DNA of 64,000 bases from an uncultured Solirubrobacteraceae bacterium. GTDB lineage: Bacteria; Actinomycetota; Thermoleophilia; Solirubrobacterales; Solirubrobacteraceae. The DNA is taken from assembly GCA_963759265.1 (NCBI GenBank), contig CAVWYR010000002.1, forward strand, positions 311,408-375,407. The letters are read 5' to 3'. Below, one piece after another: positions 11,112 through 19,311 of this stretch. The notes beneath the pieces were generated by a model that ran no database searches, was not told the origin of the DNA, and saw only the letters and a program-made list of their open reading frames with translations. A program made the position numbers and the translations under genes. Each line of letters opens with the position of its first letter. Position 1 is the stretch's first letter.

Positions 11112-11957
11112 ATGGCCGAGCTTCCCAACGTCTGCCTGAATCTCCCCAACAGGCCCGAGAACGTCCTGGTCATACGCCAGGCGTTGACCGGGGTCGCCGA
11201 GAGCCTTGCTCTTGACGCGATCGCGAGCAACGACCTGAACACGGCGGTGACCGAGGCGTGCAATAACGTCGTGCTGCACGCCTACGGTGGTGCCGAAGGG
11301 CCGATGGAGGTCGAGCTGTACGTCCACGCCGATGCGATCACGGTCGTCGTGAGCGATCGTGGCGGAGGGATCCCGCCGCGCAAGACCGACGACGACGAGC
11401 TTCACGCCGGCATCGGCCTTCCGGTGATCCAAGCGCTCTCGCTCCAGGTCGAGATGCTCGAGCGCCCTGGTGGCGGGACCGCGGTGCGCATGGACTTCGC
11501 AGCCGCCAACGGGGCGCCGCTCGAGCCGCTCGAAGGCGCCGGGCGGGAACGACGGGCGCCCGCTGAGGGCGACCTCGCGAACACGGTCGCGATGAGCCTC
11601 GCGCCCACTGCCCTGGCGCGCGAGGTGCTGCCCCGGGTGCTGTGCGCCCTGGCCGCGCGCGCCTACTTCTCGACCGACCGTATCGGTGACGTGCAGCTCG
11701 TGGCCGATGTGCTTGCGGCGAACGCAGGCGACTCGATCACCGGCAGCCACCTCGACGTCGGTGTCACAGTCAAGCCGCGCAATCTCGAGCTGCGCCTCGG
11801 GCCGCTGCGGATCGGCCACGGCGAGAGCGTGATCGCAACCGCCGCCGACGGCATGGCACCGGTGATCGAACGACTGACCGACGAGCACCATCGAGTGGCG
11901 CGCGCGGACTCCGAGGACGAGGAGACGCTCGAGCTACGACTGGTCGAACACCGCTGA
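11112..11957 (+). CDS. Anti-sigma factor serine kinase (RsbW/SpoIIAB-like HATPase) with ~140-aa C-terminal extension
   Basis: N-box TEACNNVVLHAY and G-box DRGGGI in the first ~135 aa. The total length of 281 aa is about twice that of RsbW. The gene lies 18 nt downstream of the sigma gene. Confidence 0.8.
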   Translation: MAELPNVCLNLPNRPENVLVIRQALTGVAESLALDAIASNDLNTAVTEACNNVVLHAYGGAEGPMEVELYVHADAITVVVSDRGGGIPPRKTDDDELHAGIGLPVIQALSLQVEMLERPGGGTAVRMDFAAANGAPLEPLEGAGRERRAPAEGDLANTVAMSLAPTALAREVLPRVLCALAARAYFSTDRIGDVQLVADVLAANAGDSITGSHLDVGVTVKPRNLELRLGPLRIGHGESVIATAADGMAPVIERLTDEHHRVARADSEDEETLELRLVEHR

Positions 11958-14954
11958 GCGCGTCAGCGCGCCGCGAGCGAGACAGCCGAGGTGTTGTGCC
12001 CTGCGCTCGGCGTGAAGCCGACCCGCAGCTCGCGCTTGCGGGTGCTCAGCGGGACACTGAGCTTGAGCTCGCGTGCCTTCCTCACGCGAGCTCCCACACC
12101 GTGAATCCCACGCGCACGGACGCTCACCCAGCCGGCTTCGGGTGCCCAGAATCTCGAGGATCATGTGTTTGCCGCGTCGCTTGTGTGAGATGAGCTGCAG
12201 CGCGCAGCCCTTGACCCCTATCTTCGTCGCCGCCGCCAGCTTGACGGCGCTTTGAGAGATGATCGTCGTAGGTGCCAGCAGGGTTGCCCGGCAAAGGGCG
12301 CCGTTGGCCGAGAGCGCCGAGTTCGAGCCTAGCGGCAGGCTCAGCGTGACGTTCGAGATGGGAACGTCGGGGAGGCTTTCGAAGGTCGTCGTCGTGATGC
12401 CCGACTTGATCTGGGTGTGGCCGACGAGCACGACCTCGACACCATCGCCCTCGAGGATCAGATCGAGATCGGGAAACGCCTCGCCGCCGTGGGAGACCAG
12501 ATAGGCGGGTCCCGTGAGCTTTCCGGGCAGCACCGGCGTGGTCACGCTCACCGCGCCGACAACCGCCGCGTGACTGCACCCTCCTGGCGGCGGGCCCGCT
12601 TCGAAGCTCGCCGCGGGACAGGCTTTCTGGATCGTCGTCAGGCGCGAGACGAGCTGCTTTGGAAGCTGCAGCTGCACCTCACGGATGTTCGCCTCGTTGG
12701 GGCTCTGCGTGATCTTCACTTCAAGGCTCGCTCCGCCGGCTTTCGTCGGCCTACCCCCGCTCAGCGCGACGAGACTCGGCTGGAACGCGAGCGCGCCGCA
12801 GTCGCCGACCTGGAACGGGCTTGTGAGACTCTGGCTGCTCCCCGATGCCGAGCCGAACACCGATTCGCTGGCCAGCGCGGCGCAGCTCGTGGGGTTGAAC
12901 AGGAAATCGTGCCGGTTGACAGCGACGTTGAGCGTGCGCAGGCGCAGAGGAACGCCTTCGACGATGCTCGGCAGCGTGCCGGTGACGGTCACCCTCCCGC
13001 TGTAGAGACCGACCGTGATCGCCGCACGCACGCGGACCGTGCCGAGGTTGTATGGGCCAGCCTGGGCCGGTACCACGACCGATAGCCCGTAGGGCGCTCC
13101 GTCATAGGGACCGGTCAGGTAGGCGTTGCCGCTGAACGTATACGGTTCGCCGCCGGCGCCGGCCTGTACCGAGACGGTGCCGACGCCGCTCGAGGGGGAA
13201 CATTCTCCCGCGCCTGCCTGTGGTTCCTCGCACAGCGGAACCGAGGAGATCGAGCCGAGCAGACCCGCCGGCAGCGTGGTCGTGATCTGCGACAGGTACT
13301 GCTGCCCTTCGGGACGTGAGAGGCTGAACGTCGCCGGGTCGTAGGCGCCGGCCTGTCCCGGGGCCTGGGGCGTGAGGCTCTGGGTCAGCGAGAACGCCAG
13401 CGGTGAGGAGCATCCGCCGCCCGCGCCGTTGGCGTCGACGACGAACCCGGGATGGGGTTCGGCGGCTTTGGCGGCCTCTCCCCCATACGGCGTGATCGCC
13501 GCAGTGGCTTCGACGGACCCACAGGCGAGCGGGTTGGCGAGCGGGGCGCGCGCGCCGCCTCTGAAGTGCAGCGTGAGGTCTTCGAAGGGCACCTGCGGCG
13601 CGTTAGGGAAGACCGCCGTCAGGCGTCCCGTGCCGACGTTCGCGCTGATCCTGCCTTCGAGGTGCAGTCCGACGCCGTATTGCGTTGCCTCGCCGATCAG
13701 GAAGACGCGGAACTCTTCACCCGATTCAGGTCCCTTCCCCGCCGCGGGCGAGGCGACGTAGACGCCGCCGGTGAGCGACCCGTTCGGAATCCCGGGCGCG
13801 TTCAGCGAGAACGAACCCACCTCGGCAGCCTGCGGACAGGTTTCGCGTGCGAATTCTTCGCCGCTGCAGCCGACGAGGCCCTGCGCAGCCGCGGGGTTCA
13901 GGGTCATGCCTTCCGGCAGCGTGACTTCCGCGCTCTGCACATCGGGCGAGTTCGGCTGCGACGGTTCGTCGGTGCTCTGCGGTACGTGCAGGTCCGCACT
14001 CACGCCGTCGGGCTGGTCGGACTGCGTCGTTTCGGCAGCGAGCGACAGCGACGGGTGGAAGGCGAGCGCTTCGCAGCCCGTCGCCGCGACAGGCGTGGTG
14101 TTCTTGACTGGGACGAAGTTGCCGGGTTCTTCGTAGGAGTCGACGTGCAGGCTTGTGACGGGCTTGCTCGCGCAGGTGCTCGGGAGCGTGAGAAACGCGT
14201 GTCCGTCGACGACGCCGTCGAAGATCAGCCTCGATTCGATGATTTCCGGCTGTTCGGGGATGTTGTCGATCCTGAAGTACTCGTGGTAGTCGCCGCTTTC
14301 GACGCCGCTGTTTTCGGCGCTTTCGGCTTCCTTGTGCCAGCTGATCCCGCCTTCGAGATAGATCTCTCCTTGGAGGTGGTCCCCTTTCAACGCGAGCAGT
14401 TTGAGATTGCTGCTGTTGACTTCCACGCCGAAGCGCGCGGGCTCGCCGGGCTTGCGCACCATGTTGTAGACGGGAAAGTGTTCGGTGAGCGTCGCTGAGA
14501 CGCCGAGCAGTTTGAACAGTTCCGCCGTGCCCTTCGCCTGGTCTTCGCCGACCCGGCTGTCTTCGGGACATTCGAACTTCTGCAGTTGCGCTTCGGCGCA
14601 CGTCGGCGCCGCTTCGGGGTTGACCGCGAGCCCAGCAGGAAGATCCACCCGCACGTCCTTGACTTTGGTCAGCGGCTTTTCGTCATCGACGCCCTTCTGT
14701 TCTGTAGGGAACGAGAAGTCCGTGATCCCGAAGTTCGGGTGCCCCGCGGCCTGGGTGTAGAAAGCGGACGGCGAGCCCGCGTCCGTGCAGGTCGATTCCT
14801 TGCAGGTGCCGGCTTCCCATTCGACGTCAAAGGCCTGCGCACTCCCGGCGCAAGCCAGTGCCAGCAGACCGCCGGCGAGCACGGCCAGCACAGCCAGCCG
14901 CCGCCACCCCGTGCGCCAGCCGCGCGGCCTAGACGTGCGTGTCCTCTCCTGCAT
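11934..14954 (-). CDS. Large secreted protein of unknown function (1006 aa as given; C-terminus probably mis-phased, see findings)
   Basis: Signal peptide ...LAVLAVLAGGLLALACAGSAQA|FDVEW. The mature protein is Gly/Pro/Thr/Ser-rich with paired Cys residues. High GC3 is sustained over 3 kb. I recognise no catalytic motif. Confidence 0.7.
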   Translation of the reverse strand: MQERTRTSRPRGWRTGWRRLAVLAVLAGGLLALACAGSAQAFDVEWEAGTCKESTCTDAGSPSAFYTQAAGHPNFGITDFSFPTEQKGVDDEKPLTKVKDVRVDLPAGLAVNPEAAPTCAEAQLQKFECPEDSRVGEDQAKGTAELFKLLGVSATLTEHFPVYNMVRKPGEPARFGVEVNSSNLKLLALKGDHLQGEIYLEGGISWHKEAESAENSGVESGDYHEYFRIDNIPEQPEIIESRLIFDGVVDGHAFLTLPSTCASKPVTSLHVDSYEEPGNFVPVKNTTPVAATGCEALAFHPSLSLAAETTQSDQPDGVSADLHVPQSTDEPSQPNSPDVQSAEVTLPEGMTLNPAAAQGLVGCSGEEFARETCPQAAEVGSFSLNAPGIPNGSLTGGVYVASPAAGKGPESGEEFRVFLIGEATQYGVGLHLEGRISANVGTGRLTAVFPNAPQVPFEDLTLHFRGGARAPLANPLACGSVEATAAITPYGGEAAKAAEPHPGFVVDANGAGGGCSSPLAFSLTQSLTPQAPGQAGAYDPATFSLSRPEGQQYLSQITTTLPAGLLGSISSVPLCEEPQAGAGECSPSSGVGTVSVQAGAGGEPYTFSGNAYLTGPYDGAPYGLSVVVPAQAGPYNLGTVRVRAAITVGLYSGRVTVTGTLPSIVEGVPLRLRTLNVAVNRHDFLFNPTSCAALASESVFGSASGSSQSLTSPFQVGDCGALAFQPSLVALSGGRPTKAGGASLEVKITQSPNEANIREVQLQLPKQLVSRLTTIQKACPAASFEAGPPPGGCSHAAVVGAVSVTTPVLPGKLTGPAYLVSHGGEAFPDLDLILEGDGVEVVLVGHTQIKSGITTTTFESLPDVPISNVTLSLPLGSNSALSANGALCRATLLAPTTIISQSAVKLAAATKIGVKGCALQLISHKRRGKHMILEILGTRSRLGERPCAWDSRCGSSREEGTRAQAQCPAEHPQARAAGRLHAERRAQHLGCLARGALTRSAVFDQS

Positions 14955-15379
14955 GTCCTCGCTCCCTTCCTGCCACTAAGACTACGCCTGACGAGTTTCC
15001 GTCCCCAGACATGAATCGTGCCCGATATGCCGACACCTGCGCGCCGGTCGCGCCGCAAAAAATGGGGCGACATGCCGGCAGAGGACCAAGGGGGCCAGGC
15101 CACGCCGGCATGCCGCCGTGCCACCCCCCCTTCAATGGGTGCCAGGAGCCGGGGGACGCTTCTCACACCCGACGGGGGGGAACGACACTGCACTGCTTCT
15201 ATGCCCGGTCTCGCGAGGGCTAAACATGCCCCCGCGAGATCGCAAGAGCGCTTGCCTCTCCAACGCGGCGGGGGCGCCGGCTCCCGCTCGGCAGGCACCG
15301 TTTGGCGAGCGTCAGCTGCGGGCAGTCACCGAGAAACCGAGTTGCTGCATTCGAACTCCGACGAATCGAGGTTCACGAG

Positions 15380-15544
15380 ATGGTCGCCCTACTAGCACTG
15401 GTCCTGATACTGGCAATCTTCGGAGGCTTGGGGTTCGCCGCGCACATCCTCTGGTACGTCCTCATCATCGCGATCCTGCTGTGGTTGATCGGCTTCTTCG
15501 TGGGCGGCATCGAGGGGGGAGGCCGGCGCTGGTACGGCCGCTGA
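15380..15544 (+). CDS. Small hydrophobic membrane protein (54 aa, two TM segments)
   Basis: MVALLALVLILAIFGGLGFAAHILWYVLIIAILLWLIGFFVGGIEGGGRRWYGR. GAGG lies 8 nt upstream. It resembles the small 'LLWLLGF' stress-associated membrane peptides. Confidence 0.6.
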   Translation: MVALLALVLILAIFGGLGFAAHILWYVLIIAILLWLIGFFVGGIEGGGRRWYGR

Positions 15545-15705
15545 CGAACCGACGCCGAGGAGGGCGCGGCGCGGCTGGGTCGCCCAGCGATGGGCGCCCG
15601 CGCGCGCCCCGATCGGCACTCGGCGTTACGAGCGATCGTCGCCGAGACGCCTGGTCGGGCGCGTGCGGGTGGTTCGCGACCGCTGGGCACTAGACTGAAA
15701 GGCGC

Positions 15706-16050
15706 ATGGAGACCGTTGACGCGCTGCGGATCGACTATCAGGCAGACGAGGGCCGCGTGGTCGTGCGCTTGGACGGGGAACTCGACATGGCCAGCGCGCC
15801 GGTGTTGGAGTCCGCGCTCGAGCGCGCCGAGAAGCACAAGAGCTCGACGCTCGTGATCGATCTGGGCCGCCTGCGCTTCATGGACTCCACGGGCCTGCGG
15901 ATCATCCTGCTCGAGTGCGAGCGCTGCAGGAGCAGCGGTCGGCAGTTCGCGCTGACCCCGGCCTCCAGTCAGGTACAGCGCCTGTTTGCGGTCAGCGGCG
16001 TCGGCGAGCAGCTCCGCACGATCGCCGCAGCCGACGAAGCGTTCACCTAG
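15706..16050 (+). CDS. STAS-domain anti-sigma factor antagonist (RsbV/SpoIIAA-like)
   Basis: 114 aa; the FMDSTGLRIIL motif contains the phosphorylatable Ser/Thr context. Confidence 0.85.
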   Translation: METVDALRIDYQADEGRVVVRLDGELDMASAPVLESALERAEKHKSSTLVIDLGRLRFMDSTGLRIILLECERCRSSGRQFALTPASSQVQRLFAVSGVGEQLRTIAAADEAFT

Positions 16051-16074
16051 CGCCCAGCGGCTCCTACGGCGCCT

Positions 16075-17244
16075 TTAGAGCTCGGCCAGGCGCCGGCGCA
16101 GGAAGCGCCGCTCGGGCTCCGAGCGCGCGAGTGCGAGCGCTCGCTCGTAGGCGACGCGGGCGTCCGCGCCGCGGCCGAGGCGTCGCAGAAAGTCCGCGCG
16201 GGTCGCGTGCAGGTAGTGATAGCCGTCGAGCTCGAGTCGTTCGAGGACGCGCAACCCCGCCTCGGGGCCTTCTGCCTCGCCGAGCGCGACCGCGCGGTTG
16301 AGCTCGACGACGGGAGAGCGCGTGAGCTGTGCGAGCTCGCCGTAGAGAACCGCGATCCGCGGCCAATCGCTGCGCTCCTGCGCGTGCAGCGAGGCGATCG
16401 CAGCCTGCAGGCGATAGACGCCCCCACGTGCGGCTCCGCCGAGCGACTCTGCGCGTTCCAGCGCGGCGCGACCGGCGAGGATCTGCGCGTGGTCCCACAG
16501 TGCCTGGTCCTGGTCGGCGAGCAGCACGATCTCGCCGTCACGCACGCGCGCAGCGCGGCGCGAGTCGTTGAGAAGCATCAACGCGAGCAGGCCGAAGGCC
16601 TCGGGCTCGTCGGGCATCAGCTCGGCGAGCGCGGCGCCCAACCTGATCGCCTCCGCGGCGAGCAGCTCGCCGCGGCCGTCGTAGCCCTCGTTGAAGATCA
16701 GGTAGACGACCGCCAGCACGGCAGCGAGCCGATCGGGAAGCAGGTGCGCAGGCGGGATCCTGAACGGGATGCCGGCGTCTCGGATCTTGCGCTTGGCTCG
16801 CACCAGACGCTGCGCCATCGTCGCCTCGGGGACGAGGAACGCGTGCGCGATCTCCTCCGTCCCGAGCCCTCCGAGCGCGCGCAGCGTGAGCGCCACCTGG
16901 GCGTCTGTCGCGAGCGCGGGGTGGCAGCAGGTGAAGATCAGCTCGAGCCGCTCGTCGCGGAACGTCGTCTCCTGCATCTGATCCTCCATCGCTTCGGGAA
17001 CGTCGAGCAGCTTCGACTTCGCCGCGAGCGTGCTGCGGCGGCGAATCTGGTCGATCGCGCGGTTGCGCGCGGTCGCGGTCAGCCAGGCCGCCGGATTCTC
17101 TGGCGCACCCTCGCGCGGCCAGCGCTCGGCGGCGATCGCGAACGCCTCCTGGGCGGCGTCCTCGGCGAGGTCGAAGTCGCCGAGGTAGCCGACCAGCGCG
17201 GCGAGCACGCGCCCCCACTGCTCGCGGAAGACCTGCTCGATCAG
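16075..17244 (-). CDS. ECF-type sigma-70 factor with long C-terminal helical extension (COG4941-like)
   Basis: r2 ([19 protein letters not shown]...[16 protein letters not shown]), r4 ([31 protein letters not shown]), then a ~230-aa extension. There is no in-frame ATG/GTG/TTG upstream of the conserved N-terminus. Start provisionally CTG 17244, overlapping the YCII stop. Confidence 0.75.
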   Translation of the reverse strand: MIEQVFREQWGRVLAALVGYLGDFDLAEDAAQEAFAIAAERWPREGAPENPAAWLTATARNRAIDQIRRRSTLAAKSKLLDVPEAMEDQMQETTFRDERLELIFTCCHPALATDAQVALTLRALGGLGTEEIAHAFLVPEATMAQRLVRAKRKIRDAGIPFRIPPAHLLPDRLAAVLAVVYLIFNEGYDGRGELLAAEAIRLGAALAELMPDEPEAFGLLALMLLNDSRRAARVRDGEIVLLADQDQALWDHAQILAGRAALERAESLGGAARGGVYRLQAAIASLHAQERSDWPRIAVLYGELAQLTRSPVVELNRAVALGEAEGPEAGLRVLERLELDGYHYLHATRADFLRRLGRGADARVAYERALALARSEPERRFLRRRLAEL

Positions 17245-17585
17245 CGCGCCACCACCGGGCGCACCTCGACCGCGCCGCCGAGACGCGCGGTGGGGACCCG
17301 CGCAGCGAGCTCGATCGCGGCGTCGAGGTGCTCGGCCTCGAACAGGTAGTAGCCGCCGAGCGCCTCCTTGGTCTCGGGAAAGGGCCCGTCGGTGGTGAGC
17401 GTCGCGCCGTCGTGCACGCGCACGGTCGTGGCCGTCATCGCCGGCTGCAGCTGGGCCCCGGCACTGACGCCGGGGGTCTGCATGATCGCCATGTACTCGG
17501 CGGTGATCGCGCGCTGCTCCTCCTCGGAGAGCTGCTCCCACCCGTCCATCGATTCACCTGTGTAGACCTGGAGCATGTACTGCAT
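17241..17585 (-). CDS. YCII-related (DGPF) domain protein
   Basis: 114 aa, MQYMLQVY...[29 protein letters not shown]. This is the typical upstream partner of COG4941-type ECF sigma genes. Confidence 0.85.
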   Translation of the reverse strand: MQYMLQVYTGESMDGWEQLSEEEQRAITAEYMAIMQTPGVSAGAQLQPAMTATTVRVHDGATLTTDGPFPETKEALGGYYLFEAEHLDAAIELAARVPTARLGGAVEVRPVVAR

Positions 17586-17654
17586 GGAAACCTCCTTTGC
17601 GGATTGTCGTCGCCTGTTAGACGATCGGCCGTCGCACCATGCGACATGTATCCC

Positions 17655-17684
17655 TTGACAAACATATAAGCATCTGATTATTTC
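17655..17684 (+). promoter_or_regulatory. Candidate sigma-70-type promoter for a leaderless or short-leader arsR-family transcript
   Basis: TTGACA (17655-17660), an 18-nt spacer, then TATTTC (17679-17684), 5 nt before ATG 17690. The region is a conspicuously AT-rich island and contains the imperfect palindrome ATAAGCATCTGATTAT (12/16). Confidence 0.35.
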
Positions 17685-17689
17685 TTTTT

Positions 17690-17995
17690 ATGATGAGTGC
17701 GTTCGAGGTCGTTGCGGAGCCCGCGCGCAGGCAGATCCTCGACCTGCTGCTCGGCAAGGCGCGCACGGTCGGCGAGCTCGTCGCGCAGACGGGCCTGAGC
17801 CAGCCGAACACCTCGCGGCACCTGCGCATCCTGCGCGAGGCCGGCCTCGTCGAGTCGCACGCCGTTGGCCAGCGACGGGTCTACGCGCTGCGCGGCGAGG
17901 GCTTCGCCGAGCTCGCGCGCTGGTTGGCGCCGTACGTCTCGCTCTGGCAGGGCGGCTTGGACGCACTCGAACGTCATCTCGAGCGAAGGGAATGA
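17690..17995 (+). CDS. ArsR/SmtB family transcriptional regulator
   Basis: EPARRQILDLL...VGELVAQTGLSQPNTSRHLRILREAGLV winged HTH. 101 aa. Confidence 0.9.
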   Translation: MMSAFEVVAEPARRQILDLLLGKARTVGELVAQTGLSQPNTSRHLRILREAGLVESHAVGQRRVYALRGEGFAELARWLAPYVSLWQGGLDALERHLERRE

Positions 17996-17998
17996 GTC

Positions 17999-18535
17999 AT
18001 GCCGGCACACGGCCATGCAGTCCTCGAAGATCACGACGGGCGCTGGGCCCTGCGCTTCGAGCGCACGTTCGACCATCCGCCGGCGCGCGTATGGAGAGCC
18101 CTGACAAGCCACGACGAGCTGCTCGACTGGCATCCGACGCCGTTCGATCTCGAGCCGCGCAACGGCGGACATGTCAGCTACAGCGCGATCGCGCACGCGC
18201 CGGAGATGCCGCGGGGACGGGTGCTCGCCTTCGAGCCACCACATCTGCTGGCGTATACCTGGGGCGAGGACGAACTGCGCTGGGAGCTGCGCGCGAGTGA
18301 CGGCGGCTGCGTGCTGAGCCTCACGCACGTCTTCGACGATCGCTTCAAGGCCGCCCGCGACGCCGCCGGCTGGGAGCAATGCCTCGACGCGCTCTCGAGC
18401 GCGCTCGCCGCCGAGCCGCGCCCGCAGCGCGGCTCCGAGCCGCGGCTGCCACCGGGCTGGCAGGAGCTCAATGCCGCATACGAGGAGCGCTTCGGGATCA
18501 CCCACGGCCAGGCCACGCCGCCGCCGCGCTCGTGA
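17999..18535 (+). CDS. SRPBCC / AHSA1 (activator of Hsp90 ATPase homolog 1-like) family protein
   Basis: 178 aa, ...ALRFERTFDHPPARVWRALTSHDELLDWH.... This is the common ArsR-adjacent partner and starts 3 nt after the arsR stop. Confidence 0.8.
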   Translation: MPAHGHAVLEDHDGRWALRFERTFDHPPARVWRALTSHDELLDWHPTPFDLEPRNGGHVSYSAIAHAPEMPRGRVLAFEPPHLLAYTWGEDELRWELRASDGGCVLSLTHVFDDRFKAARDAAGWEQCLDALSSALAAEPRPQRGSEPRLPPGWQELNAAYEERFGITHGQATPPPRS

Positions 18536-18579
18536 TCGGCGTGGCGCACGCTGTACGGGGCGCGTGAACCGGCGCCATA

Positions 18580-18864
18580 TCAGCTGATGACGAACGCCAC
18601 CTCGTCGACGGCGCACCACGACCAGTCCTCCCCCAGCTCGATCGAGCTCAGGATCGGATGAGAGTCCTCCGCGGCGTGGCGCGAGGCATGACGGTTCGGA
18701 GAGGAGTCGCAGCAGCCGATCTTGCCGCACGTACGGCACACGCGCAGATGCAGCCAGCGTCCACCGATCTTCAGACACTCCTCGCAACCGGGCACCTCCG
18801 CCCGCGTGGGGACCTCCAGCACCTCGACCTGATCGAGATGCGAGCAAACCTCTGCCGCGCTCAT
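18580..18864 (-). CDS. UBP-type zinc-finger domain protein
   Basis: 94 aa, CEECLKIGGRWLHLRVCRTCGKIGCCDSSPNRHASRHA (Cys/His zf-UBP pattern). Confidence 0.8.
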   Translation of the reverse strand: MSAAEVCSHLDQVEVLEVPTRAEVPGCEECLKIGGRWLHLRVCRTCGKIGCCDSSPNRHASRHAAEDSHPILSSIELGEDWSWCAVDEVAFVIS

Positions 18865-18944
18865 GTCGTTGCTCCGCGGTCACTCACGGTGCGCTCATCC
18901 TAGACGGGAGGCGGGCAGGCTCGCGCGCGGGCGTCGCGAGCCGG

Positions 18945-19286
18945 CTAGGCGACGACTTCGTCACCCGTCGCGATCGTGGGCAGGTGCGCGGAGAGACCGG
19001 TCACGCTGAGCAGGCGCTGAACCTGCGGCGAACCGGGGGTGATCGCGAACTCCTGTCCACGCTCCTGGCAGCGCTCGAGCGCCGCGAGCACGCCGCGCAG
19101 GCCGGTGGAGTCGATGAACTCCAGCGCCTGGAGATCGAGGACGACCAGCCGCTCCCCGTTCTCAGCGGCGTCGATCGCCTGCTCGAGCAGCTCGGCGGTG
19201 GCCAAGTCCAGTTCTCCGGCGAGCGACAGCACGACCCTGTCGGCGTCGTGCCGCACGTCGATGCGCAACTGGTCCGTTACCCCCAT
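18945..19286 (-). CDS. STAS-domain anti-sigma factor antagonist
   Basis: 113 aa with the FIDSTGLRGVL motif. Last gene of the partner-switching operon. Confidence 0.85.
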   Translation of the reverse strand: MGVTDQLRIDVRHDADRVVLSLAGELDLATAELLEQAIDAAENGERLVVLDLQALEFIDSTGLRGVLAALERCQERGQEFAITPGSPQVQRLLSVTGLSAHLPTIATGDEVVA

Positions 19287-19311
19287 GGCAGGGATTTTAC
19301 CGGAGAAATCC

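Noticed and set aside
11934-11957. A genuine 24-nt convergent overlap between the secreted-protein gene and the anti-sigma kinase gene.
   Set aside because: The overlap disappears when the probable +1 frameshift at 12146-12156 is repaired, so it is more likely an artefact of mis-phasing.
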